From: an uncultured virus (IMG/VR IMGVR_UViG_2630968567_000005) | Taxonomy: Duplodnaviria; Heunggongvirae; Uroviricota; Caudoviricetes | IMG/VR virus record: IMGVR_UViG_2630968567_000005 | Length of the DNA: 64,000 nt | Reading direction: 5' to 3' (one strand) | Shown: piece after piece, positions 56,274 to 64,000 of the stretch | Layout: each line of letters begins with the position of its first letter | Position numbering within the stretch: the stretch's first letter is position 1 | The notes under the pieces: model-generated | What the model was told of the DNA's origin: nothing | The model's input: only the letters and a program-made list of their open reading frames with translations | The model's database searches: none | Position numbers and translations under genes: made by a program

Positions 56274-56663
56274 CTATTTGCAAACTTGAAACGCTGCCAG
56301 CTTTTTTTCATCTGTATACAGTGCAGCAACAAAGCCGTCTGTAACCAGTGAGTTGATAACGCCAAGCGCGCCAGTCATGTATTTGTCTTTAGACATACCA
56401 CACATCACCTCAGAGTCATGGGCTAACGTCGCGTTACACTTTATTCGATGCGATACCAGCGCAGTAATACAATCCGGGTCAAGTGACAACGCTTGATTAA
56501 GAATATCAACAGCCAGTTGCGCTGTGATTTTCTGGTTAGTTTGAGTTTCCATAATTATTGCTCGTTTCGTTTCGCATTTTTGCGGTGGCTGAGGCGGTGG
56601 CGCGGGCCTCTTCACAATATCGCCGGGGTTATATGGCGGTGGTGTTGGCGCTTTACGTCCCAT
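56274..56663 (-). CDS. Hypothetical protein downstream of the portal (start may be 56552)
   Basis: Homologous to the lambdoid ORF at 18010-18323. Confidence 0.6.
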   Translation of the reverse strand: MGRKAPTPPPYNPGDIVKRPAPPPQPPQKCETKRAIIMETQTNQKITAQLAVDILNQALSLDPDCITALVSHRIKCNATLAHDSEVMCGMSKDKYMTGALGVINSLVTDGFVAALYTDEKKLAAFQVCK

Positions 56664-56664
56664 A

Positions 56665-57702
56665 TCAATCCTCGCTTATCAGTTCATAAGGCTTGAACCG
56701 GATCACCTCTTGCCCTATCCAGTCATTCACCTCTTTCAATCGTTCTTGCAGCGGCGTTAACTCATTGCGGACAAAGACTTGTGATGCTTTCGCCACGTCA
56801 CCGAAACCGCCAGTATTGTTGGGAATAATCCCCATCATCTGCGGTGGCACCCGGTGCACACTGAGCAAGTCGTCGCGGGTGGCGTTCTTGATATTAAAAA
56901 AGTCATCTTTGGTGGCGACTTCGCTCAACGGTAAAATCTGGATGCCGTCTTTTTTACCGTTGGGCGCGTACATAAACAGGTTGCGAAAATTGCCTAACCC
57001 TTTGGTGTCGCGCATCGCTTTACGCATCGCCTCAATATCGCTGCTACTTTGCGCCGCATCGGTCATATACAGGATGTATCCCGCGTGAGCGCCATTCTGG
57101 TAATACTTGCGGCGGAACAGTGTGGCCGCTTCATTGAGCCAAGCCGAATTTAAGCCGCTGAGATATTCCGGCAGGCCATAAAGTTCCTGATTGATATCGG
57201 GTTCTATCAGGTGGAAAATGCTACCAGCTTCAAACAGGTGTTCATTTTTCCAGTTCTGCACAAACCAATAGCAATCTTTTTCCAGCCCCCGGCGGGTGTA
57301 CTTGGCCGGGCTGGGGTCGAGTCGCAGTGGCGCGCCAAGTTGATTGCGGCGAACCTCTAAAAACGCATTGCCAAACACCAGATAATCCAGTGCATAGCGG
57401 CTAAATGATTGCTGACTGAGCATCGAATGTGGAATAAAGGTACTCGCCAGAATATTGCGCTTCACATACAGCGGTGAGCTGTGATGCACCGCCGCCCGGA
57501 AGCTGCGCGCCAGTCCATCAAAGCTAATCGGCGGGTCATACCATTTACCGTTACCGGTGCATTCGATGTAATCCAGTATTTCCCGCTTGTCGAGAACGGC
57601 GGAGGGTTCGCCAAAGGTGAATGCCTCTACCGGCTGCTGTTGGCTGGCGGTGTGATTAGTCGCCGGGCGACTTAATGCCTTGCGGCCTTTGCGCTTACTC
57701 AT
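56665..57702 (-). CDS. Q: P2-type portal protein Q
   Basis: 'EAFTFGEP', 'HHSSPLYVKRNIL', 'YGLPEYL'. Confidence 0.95.
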   Translation of the reverse strand: MSKRKGRKALSRPATNHTASQQQPVEAFTFGEPSAVLDKREILDYIECTGNGKWYDPPISFDGLARSFRAAVHHSSPLYVKRNILASTFIPHSMLSQQSFSRYALDYLVFGNAFLEVRRNQLGAPLRLDPSPAKYTRRGLEKDCYWFVQNWKNEHLFEAGSIFHLIEPDINQELYGLPEYLSGLNSAWLNEAATLFRRKYYQNGAHAGYILYMTDAAQSSSDIEAMRKAMRDTKGLGNFRNLFMYAPNGKKDGIQILPLSEVATKDDFFNIKNATRDDLLSVHRVPPQMMGIIPNNTGGFGDVAKASQVFVRNELTPLQERLKEVNDWIGQEVIRFKPYELISED

Positions 57703-59471
57703 CCGTAAAACTCCAAGAAGTTAGGGCTGTGACCGCCATATGTCGCGGTAAGGGGTTCATTTAACAGGGCGTGCATAATCGCCCACGCCACATCGGCGTG
57801 GCTGGCTTCTTCACTGCGGCTGGCGACATAAGTGGAACTCTTACCGCTGGCGGTCATAGTCTTGCGAATGGCCATAAATGACTGGGTGATATCGGTGTGG
57901 CCGGTGTCATATTCCAGACGGCCGTTATTAATGGTGTGCTTGGCTTTCAGCACCATGGCGGTTTTGATTTCAGGGGTATATTTGATTTCCCTTGCGGCCG
58001 GGAAGAACTGGCGCACCAACTGGAAAACGCCTTGCCCGACGGTAGTCGCATCAATACCGATGTATTCCACGCAATATTTATGCGTCAACTCTTCGATATG
58101 CTTGGCCTGCGCCTCAAAATCCATCCCTTTCCACTGGTGGCGCTCCAATACGCGGAACTTGCCGCCCGGCACCATTGGCGGTGCGATCACCGCGCACCCG
58201 GCACTGTCGCCGCCGTTGGCCTCGGACGGGTCGTAACCAATCCACACCGGGCGATGCCCAAACGGCCGCAACGAATACGGGTTGTAGTCTTCCCACTCTT
58301 CCAGACTGTCCACCATACAAGCCTGCAACTCGGCGAACGGGAAGACGGATGCTTGATCGTCCACAAACTCGCACATCAACAGGTTTTGATATTCTGACGG
58401 GCCGTATTCCAGTGAGAGCTGGTTGAGGTCAAACAGGTTACAGCCGCCCGCCAGTGCATCTTCAACTGTGACTATCTGCCGCCACTGACCATCATCACAC
58501 AGCGCACCACGAGCCAAATGGCTGTGGCTGAGATCCAGTTGGATATGGTCGGATTTATTGCGGCGGCCTTTATTGAACAGCTCACCAGACCAAAACGGAT
58601 AGGCACTGTGCGCCAGACTCGACGGGGTGGAGAAATAGGTGGTACGCCATTTTTTGTGCAATGACATGCCGCTGGCGACTTTGCGCAGCTCCTGAAACTT
58701 GGGTATCCAGAAATATTCATCAAGATAGAGATTGCCGGTGTAGCTCTGCGCGGTGCGCACGTTAGTACCGAGAAAGAACAAACGCGCACCGTTCGGTAAC
58801 ACCATCGGGTCGCCTTTCAGGTCAACGTCAACCATGCGGGCAAAGTCGATAATGTAGCTTTTGAACACGTGCGCCTGTGCCTTACTGGCGGACAAAAATA
58901 TCTGGTTACGCCCGGTGGTGATGGCATCTAACAGCGCTTCGCGGGCAAAGAAGAAGGTAGCGCCAATCTGACGCGACTTCAGGATATTGCGGATACGGTG
59001 GGCTAGCCCGGCCTCAAACCAATTACGCTGATAATCAAAGATATTTTCGTGAAAAATGGATTCCAGTTTTTCAATCGCTGACTCGCTGAACAGGTTTTTA
59101 TCCGGGGTCTTGCGCTCCCCTTTATTGCGGTTCGCCACATTCGGATTTAAATCCGCTTCGCTGCCGGTCTGGCTGTAGCGGTTCACCCGCGCCAGTCGTT
59201 CAATCTGACGGCCTAACAGGTCAATCTCTTTAAAATCCCGCCCCTCTTTGGCGTCTTTCATGATGAGCTGAATCAACCGCGCTTCCATGCTGGTTTCTAC
59301 ACGAGAAATAGGCGCAATGGCGTCCCACCCGTCGCGCTTCTTCCAGCTCTGCACAGTCGGCGATTTCAGGCTTAGCGTGTCCGCAATCTGGCGCACAGAA
59401 AAGCCCTGCCAGTAAAGCAAAGCCGCCTGTCGCCGTGGGTCGCTGATGATGGTGCTCGGTGTCGTATTCAT
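57699..59471 (-). CDS. P: P2-type terminase ATPase subunit P
   Basis: 'LKSRQIGAT', 'YLDEYFW', 'HADVAWA'. Confidence 0.95.
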   Translation of the reverse strand: MNTTPSTIISDPRRQAALLYWQGFSVRQIADTLSLKSPTVQSWKKRDGWDAIAPISRVETSMEARLIQLIMKDAKEGRDFKEIDLLGRQIERLARVNRYSQTGSEADLNPNVANRNKGERKTPDKNLFSESAIEKLESIFHENIFDYQRNWFEAGLAHRIRNILKSRQIGATFFFAREALLDAITTGRNQIFLSASKAQAHVFKSYIIDFARMVDVDLKGDPMVLPNGARLFFLGTNVRTAQSYTGNLYLDEYFWIPKFQELRKVASGMSLHKKWRTTYFSTPSSLAHSAYPFWSGELFNKGRRNKSDHIQLDLSHSHLARGALCDDGQWRQIVTVEDALAGGCNLFDLNQLSLEYGPSEYQNLLMCEFVDDQASVFPFAELQACMVDSLEEWEDYNPYSLRPFGHRPVWIGYDPSEANGGDSAGCAVIAPPMVPGGKFRVLERHQWKGMDFEAQAKHIEELTHKYCVEYIGIDATTVGQGVFQLVRQFFPAAREIKYTPEIKTAMVLKAKHTINNGRLEYDTGHTDITQSFMAIRKTMTASGKSSTYVASRSEEASHADVAWAIMHALLNEPLTATYGGHSPNFLEFYG

Positions 59472-59516
59472 GCCATTAGGCTACGCGACCAACCCGACTC
59501 TCTGCGCGTCCTCGCT

Positions 59517-59538
59517 GTTGTGCCAGCCCCGTCACAAC
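59517..59538. promoter_or_regulatory. Ogr/B-family late activator site between divergent P and O
   Basis: GTTGT-N12-ACAAC (TGT-N12-ACA consensus). Confidence 0.65.
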
Positions 59539-59621
59539 TGGCTTTCGTTGTTGCCATCGCCATCCATCAGGAAACTAAGCCCCGAACCGAACAACCATAA
59601 TCACACTGAATGGAGCCGCTC

Positions 59622-60476
59622 ATGGCTAAGAAAGTTTCTAAGTATTTTCGTATCGGCGTTGAGGGGGATACCTGCGACGGGCGAGTGATTGACGCCGACG
59701 ATATCAACCAGATGGCCGAGTCATTTGACCCGCGCGTCTACGGTTGCCGCATCAATCTGGAGCATTTGAAAAGTTATTTCCCTGACAGCCCTTTCCGCCG
59801 TTATGGCGATGTATCAGCACTTAAAGCGGAAACCATTGAAGACGATTCCATCCTGAACGGTAAGCGTGCGTTGTTCGCCCAAATCAGCCCAACCGATGAT
59901 TTGGTGCAGATGAACAAAGCATCGCAGAAAATCTATACCTCCATGGAAATTCGCCCGAACTTTGCCAATACCGGCAAAGCCTATCTGGTCGGGCTGGCAG
60001 TGACCGATGACCCCGCCAGCCTTGGGACTGAAATGCTGGAATTCAGCGCCAAAGCCAAACACAACCCACTGGCCGCCCGTAAATCTCACCCGGATAATTT
60101 TTTCTCTGCGGCGGTTGAAGTGCAACTGGAATTTGAAGACGTGGCCGAGCCGGGTGTCACCTTACTCAGCATGGTGAAGTCAGTATTCAGTCGTAAACAG
60201 GCAACCGATGACGCCCGTTTTAATGATGTGCATGAGGCGGTGAATGCCGTGGCAGTGCATGTGCAGGAACAGGGGGAAACCATTGAAGCCCGCTTTGCCG
60301 CCATTGAGAAACAACTCACTGACAACGTGGTGGAGCTGAAACAGAGCATCGAAAAGGGAAAACAAGGGGTTACATCCCTAGAAACCAAGCTTTCTATCAC
60401 TGAAAACTTTAGCCAGACCAAGCGCCCGGAATCCACCGGCGGCAACAATCAAAACGATGTATTGACCGACTGCTAG
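59622..60476 (+). CDS. O: Capsid scaffolding protein O
   Basis: 'SKYFRIGVEGDTCDGR', 'GLAVTDDPASLGTE', ends LTDC. Confidence 0.95.
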   Translation: MAKKVSKYFRIGVEGDTCDGRVIDADDINQMAESFDPRVYGCRINLEHLKSYFPDSPFRRYGDVSALKAETIEDDSILNGKRALFAQISPTDDLVQMNKASQKIYTSMEIRPNFANTGKAYLVGLAVTDDPASLGTEMLEFSAKAKHNPLAARKSHPDNFFSAAVEVQLEFEDVAEPGVTLLSMVKSVFSRKQATDDARFNDVHEAVNAVAVHVQEQGETIEARFAAIEKQLTDNVVELKQSIEKGKQGVTSLETKLSITENFSQTKRPESTGGNNQNDVLTDC

Positions 60477-60552
60477 TTGGGGTCACTGGCCGCCGGCTGT
60501 GCGGCCCACTGGTTATTTCATTAACACCTTATTTAACTGAATCAGGATTATT

Positions 60553-61782
60553 ATGCGCCAAAAAACTCGCTTTAAATTTAATGCCTATCTGACTCGTCAA
60601 GCCGAGCTGAACGGAGTAGATACCGGCGACTTGAATAAAAAGTTCAGCGTCGAACCCTCCGTCACGCAAACCATCATGACCCGCGTTCAAGAGTCCTCAG
60701 AATTTCTGAGCCGCATCAATATTGTGCCAGTCGCCGAGTTAACGGCTGAAAAAATCGGCTTAGGGGTGAATGGTTCGGTTGCCAGCACCACCGATACTGA
60801 TGGCGGCGACGAACGCGAAACAGCCGAGTTTGCCTCACTGGACAGTGAGAAGTACTTCTGTGAACAGGTGAATTTCGATTTCCATATGCGCTATAACACC
60901 CTTGATCTGTGGGCGCGTTATCAGGACTTCCAGACCCGTTTACGTGATGCCATTATCCAACGTCAAGCACTTGACCGCATCATTATTGGTTTCAACGGCA
61001 CGCACCGCGCTAAAACCTCTAACCGCGCGCTAAATCCGCTGTTGCAGGATATCGCGCCGGGCTGGTTACAAAAATATCGCAACAACGCACCCAAGCGTGT
61101 TATGAGCAAAATTATCGGCGAAGATGGCGAGGTTGTGTCAGAAAAAATCCGCGTGGGTCATGGTGGTGATTACGTCAATTTGGACGCGCTGGTGATGGAT
61201 GCTCGTAGTTCCATGATTGCCGAATGGTATCAGGAAGACCCTGAACTGGTAGTCATTACGGGTCGTAATTTGATGCAGGATAAATACTTCCCGCTGGTCA
61301 ATAAAGAGCAGGACAACAGTGAAACCATCGCTGCGGATGTAATTATCAGCCAGAAACGCATCGGCAATTTACCAGCGGTCAGTGTGCCGTATTTCCCACC
61401 TAATGCGTTATTGATTACCCGTCTCGATAACCTGTCTATTTACTGGCTGGAAGATTCGCACCGCCGCCATATTGATGAGAACGCCAAGCGTGACCGTATC
61501 GAAAACTACGAATCCATTAAACAGGATTATGTGGTGGAAGATTACGCCTGTGGCTGTCTGGTGGAAAACATCGAAATCTTACCGGCGAAAAAAGATAGTA
61601 CCTCGGCACCTGCTGCGGCCGCATTGATGGTATCGGATGCCCCAAACTATGACGGCCTGGCTGCGGCGATCATGGCTGCGGTGAAAGTGGCGTCTAACCC
61701 GGAGGATGCCACAGCGGAAACCGCTACTGAAATTCCCCCGGAAACCACAGAAGAAGCACCGGCCGCCAAAGGGAGTAAATAA
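60553..61782 (+). CDS. N: Major capsid protein N with C-terminal extension
   Basis: 'KFSVEPSVTQT', 'IGFNG', 'PLLQD'. Confidence 0.95.
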   Translation: MRQKTRFKFNAYLTRQAELNGVDTGDLNKKFSVEPSVTQTIMTRVQESSEFLSRINIVPVAELTAEKIGLGVNGSVASTTDTDGGDERETAEFASLDSEKYFCEQVNFDFHMRYNTLDLWARYQDFQTRLRDAIIQRQALDRIIIGFNGTHRAKTSNRALNPLLQDIAPGWLQKYRNNAPKRVMSKIIGEDGEVVSEKIRVGHGGDYVNLDALVMDARSSMIAEWYQEDPELVVITGRNLMQDKYFPLVNKEQDNSETIAADVIISQKRIGNLPAVSVPYFPPNALLITRLDNLSIYWLEDSHRRHIDENAKRDRIENYESIKQDYVVEDYACGCLVENIEILPAKKDSTSAPAAAALMVSDAPNYDGLAAAIMAAVKVASNPEDATAETATEIPPETTEEAPAAKGSK

Positions 61783-61785
61783 GTT

Positions 61786-62445
61786 ATGACCAGTCCTGCG
61801 CGTCGCCACTTTATCCAACAGTCGGCTATTGCTGCCTCACAACTGCGGGATAACCCGCTGCGCCACGCCACCGGCTACGAGTTGATGTTGCTCAAGCTCA
61901 ATGAAGATAAGCGCAAGCTGAAACAAGTACGTTCAAACGAGCGCAAAGCCGAGCTGAAGCGGCAGTTATTGCCGGAGTACATGCCGTGGATCTCTGGCGT
62001 GTTGAGTGAGGGGAAAGGCGCGCAGGACGCCATTGTCATGACCATTATGATTTGGCGGCTGGATGCCGGGGATATTCCCGGCGCACTGGATATCGCCCGT
62101 TATGCCCTGCGTTATCAGTTAGTGCCAACTGACCGCTTTACCCGCTCTACCGCCTACCTGATTGCCGAGGAAGTCGCGGACGCTGCGGCGCGCGCCTATG
62201 CCACCGGTAAGCCGATTGATATTGAGCCTCTGCTGCAAACCATTGAGCTGATGGAAGATGAAGACATGCCCGACCAAGTGCGCGCCAAACTGCACAAAAT
62301 CACCGGCTATGTGCTGCGTGACAGTGGTCGGGGCGAGTTGGCCCTGTCCCATCTTCACCGTGCACTCCAACTGCATACCGGTTGTGGCGTCAAAAAAGAC
62401 ATTGAGCGACTGGCCGTGAAGTTAAAGAACGCCGCCAGCCGCTAA
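61786..62445 (+). CDS. M: Terminase endonuclease subunit M
   Basis: 'MTSPARRH', 'DMPDQVRAKLHK', 'GVKKDIERL'. Confidence 0.93.
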   Translation: MTSPARRHFIQQSAIAASQLRDNPLRHATGYELMLLKLNEDKRKLKQVRSNERKAELKRQLLPEYMPWISGVLSEGKGAQDAIVMTIMIWRLDAGDIPGALDIARYALRYQLVPTDRFTRSTAYLIAEEVADAAARAYATGKPIDIEPLLQTIELMEDEDMPDQVRAKLHKITGYVLRDSGRGELALSHLHRALQLHTGCGVKKDIERLAVKLKNAASR

Positions 62446-62544
62446 CCCGAACGCTCCCCGAGCCGGGCGGCACGATGGCCGCAACAGGGTTTACCTTGTT
62501 AACGCCGTCGTCCACCGCCCACCCATTCTGATATTGAGGTTGCC

Positions 62545-63018
62545 ATGACCACTGTTGTTATCCCCGCGCCACGGCCAGACAAAACGGCCGAACCGGTGAT
62601 TGAAAATACCTTTTTCTGGCCTGCGGTTGACCCGATAAAACTGCGCGAGCTGTTGCGTCTTGAAGGAACCGTCACCGCCGAGCGCCTGCGCTTCACCATC
62701 AAGAGCGCTATTGCTGAGGTCAACGCCGAGCTGTTCGAGTACCGCCGTGACCAGATGGCGGATGGTTTTAAAACACTGGCCGAGGTGCAGGCCGAGCAAC
62801 TGGACGGCGAAAGCATCCTGTTGGCCGAGTACCAAAGTGCGGTCTGTGCCATTACGGCCGCGCTGCTGGCCGAGCGTTATCGCGGCTATGACGCCAGCGC
62901 GCGCGGTGATAAACGCGCGGAGGCCATTGAAAGTACCGTTGATGAGTTGTGGCGTGATGCGCGGATTAGCATTCGCAATATTGCCGGTAAGCCTCACAAC
63001 ATTATTGGCCTTATCTGA
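62545..63018 (+). CDS. L: Head completion protein L
   Basis: 'NTFFWP', 'ERYRGYDA', 'WRDAR'. Confidence 0.9.
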   Translation: MTTVVIPAPRPDKTAEPVIENTFFWPAVDPIKLRELLRLEGTVTAERLRFTIKSAIAEVNAELFEYRRDQMADGFKTLAEVQAEQLDGESILLAEYQSAVCAITAALLAERYRGYDASARGDKRAEAIESTVDELWRDARISIRNIAGKPHNIIGLI

Positions 63019-63221
63019 TGCAGGTCAACGCGTTGCAAGGCGACACGCTCGACGCACTGTGCTGGCGGCATTATGGCCGCACACAGGATGTGCTGGAGCA
63101 AGTCTATGACGCGAATCCGGGGCTGTCGGAACTGGGGGCCATTCTGCCCCACGGTTATCCGGTGGCGTTGCCCGACATGGCCCCGGCGGCCCAACGTGAA
63201 ACCGTTCAATTATGGGATTGA
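63018..63221 (+). CDS. X: Tail protein X
   Basis: 'QGDTLDALCWRHYG...NPGL...VQLWD'. Confidence 0.93.
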   Translation: MQVNALQGDTLDALCWRHYGRTQDVLEQVYDANPGLSELGAILPHGYPVALPDMAPAAQRETVQLWD

Positions 63222-63223
63222 AA

Positions 63224-63433
63224 ATGGAGAAAATCAGCTCTGCGCTGGCCTATGTCTTGGCGCTGGTACTGGCGTTTATTGGCGCACTGAGTCCGCAAGA
63301 TATCGCGTTTTATGTCGCGGCGGTGGCCGCTGCTGCCACCTGTCTTATCAACTGGTACTACCGGCGCAAGAGCTATTTCTTGCTGAAAGAAGTGGTTATC
63401 AGGCGGGAGGTGTTCGATGAACTCAATCGTTAA
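63224..63433 (+). CDS. Holin (HP1/186-type)
   Basis: 'MEKISS..AY', TM segments, 'NWYYRRK'. Confidence 0.85.
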   Translation: MEKISSALAYVLALVLAFIGALSPQDIAFYVAAVAAAATCLINWYYRRKSYFLLKEVVIRREVFDELNR

Positions 63434-63923
63434 GCGCTGTCTGGTCGGGGTCATTCTGGCACTGGCCGCCACCTTGCCAAACTACCAAACCTTAAAAACA
63501 TCGGCCACCGGGCTAAAACTGATTGCCGATTATGAGGGCTGCCAGCTCAACGCCTACCAATGCAGCGCCAACGTCTGGACAAATGGCATCGGTCACACCG
63601 CCGGGGTGAAGCCGGGCAGTGTTATCAGTGAGCGACAGGTGGCGGTCAATCTGGTGGCTGACGTGCAGCGGGTTGAGCGGGCAATAGCGGTGTGTATGCC
63701 GCTTGTTATGCCGCAACCGGTGTATGACGCGGTAGTGTCGTTTGCCTTTAACGTCGGCACCGGTGCGGCCTGCCGCTCGACGCTGGCCTTTTTTGTCAAC
63801 AAGGGCGACTGGCGCAGCGCCTGCAATCAGTTGCCGCGCTGGGTCTATGTCAATGGCGTGAAAACCAAAGGGTTAGAGCGTCGCCGCACCACCGAGCAAA
63901 CACACTGCCTGAGCGGGGTCTGA
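63417..63923 (+). CDS. Endolysin (lysozyme)
   Basis: 'EGC.L.AYQCSA.VWT.GIGHT', 'SFAFNVG', 'GLERRR'. Confidence 0.93.
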   Translation: MNSIVKRCLVGVILALAATLPNYQTLKTSATGLKLIADYEGCQLNAYQCSANVWTNGIGHTAGVKPGSVISERQVAVNLVADVQRVERAIAVCMPLVMPQPVYDAVVSFAFNVGTGAACRSTLAFFVNKGDWRSACNQLPRWVYVNGVKTKGLERRRTTEQTHCLSGV

Positions 63924-63924
63924 T

Positions 63925-64000
63925 ATGCGCATAGTCATGATGGTGATAGTCGCGTTACTGGTTGCGCTGGGATGGTATGCCAACCGCCTGAGCCACGATA
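63925..64000 (+). CDS. LysB-like spanin, truncated by the window edge
   Basis: Hydrophobic N-terminus MRIVMMVIVALLVALGWYAN directly after the endolysin. Confidence 0.6.
   Translation, partial: MRIVMMVIVALLVALGWYANRLSHD

Larger units (their letters stand above)
44061..64000. mobile_element. P2/186-like prophage, right part outside the window
   Basis: int-cI-apl-cII-repA-tum-cos-Q-P-O-N-M-L-X-lysis order. Confidence 0.95.

Overview
The window contains two prophages lying end to end. The host is probably an enterobacterium, possibly Yersinia-like; this is inferred from gene content only. (1) 1-~44,060 is a lambdoid siphovirus that runs off the left edge. Its minus strand carries tail, head, terminase, lysis, Q, a C5 methyltransferase, DnaB, the initiator, a YdaT/CII-like gene and cro. 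Its plus strand carries cI, recombination genes, xis and the integrase. (2) ~44,061-64,000 is a P2/186-like prophage that runs off the right edge, with int, cI/apl/cII, repA, tum, cos and the head and lysis genes. The junction is the 3' half of a tRNA-Leu(TAA) gene (att). Five observations stand out. (a) A repeated AGAGGCAAGACC motif sits directly on the ribosome-binding site of five early genes, and a small CsrA-like ORF lies in the same early region. (b) Both unrelated prophages encode a homologous RHH/Cys-cluster protein with a matS-like GTGAC-NN-GTCAC palindrome at its stop codon. (c) The P2 cargo (an SF1 helicase plus a DUF2290-like gene, and an orphan ORF) is organised as two cassettes, each bounded by ~27-bp inverted arms. 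(d) A ~215-nt highly structured RNA candidate lies between Q and the holin. (e) A moron cluster in the tail operon includes a stand-alone TonB C-terminal domain. All family assignments come from motif recognition, not database searches.
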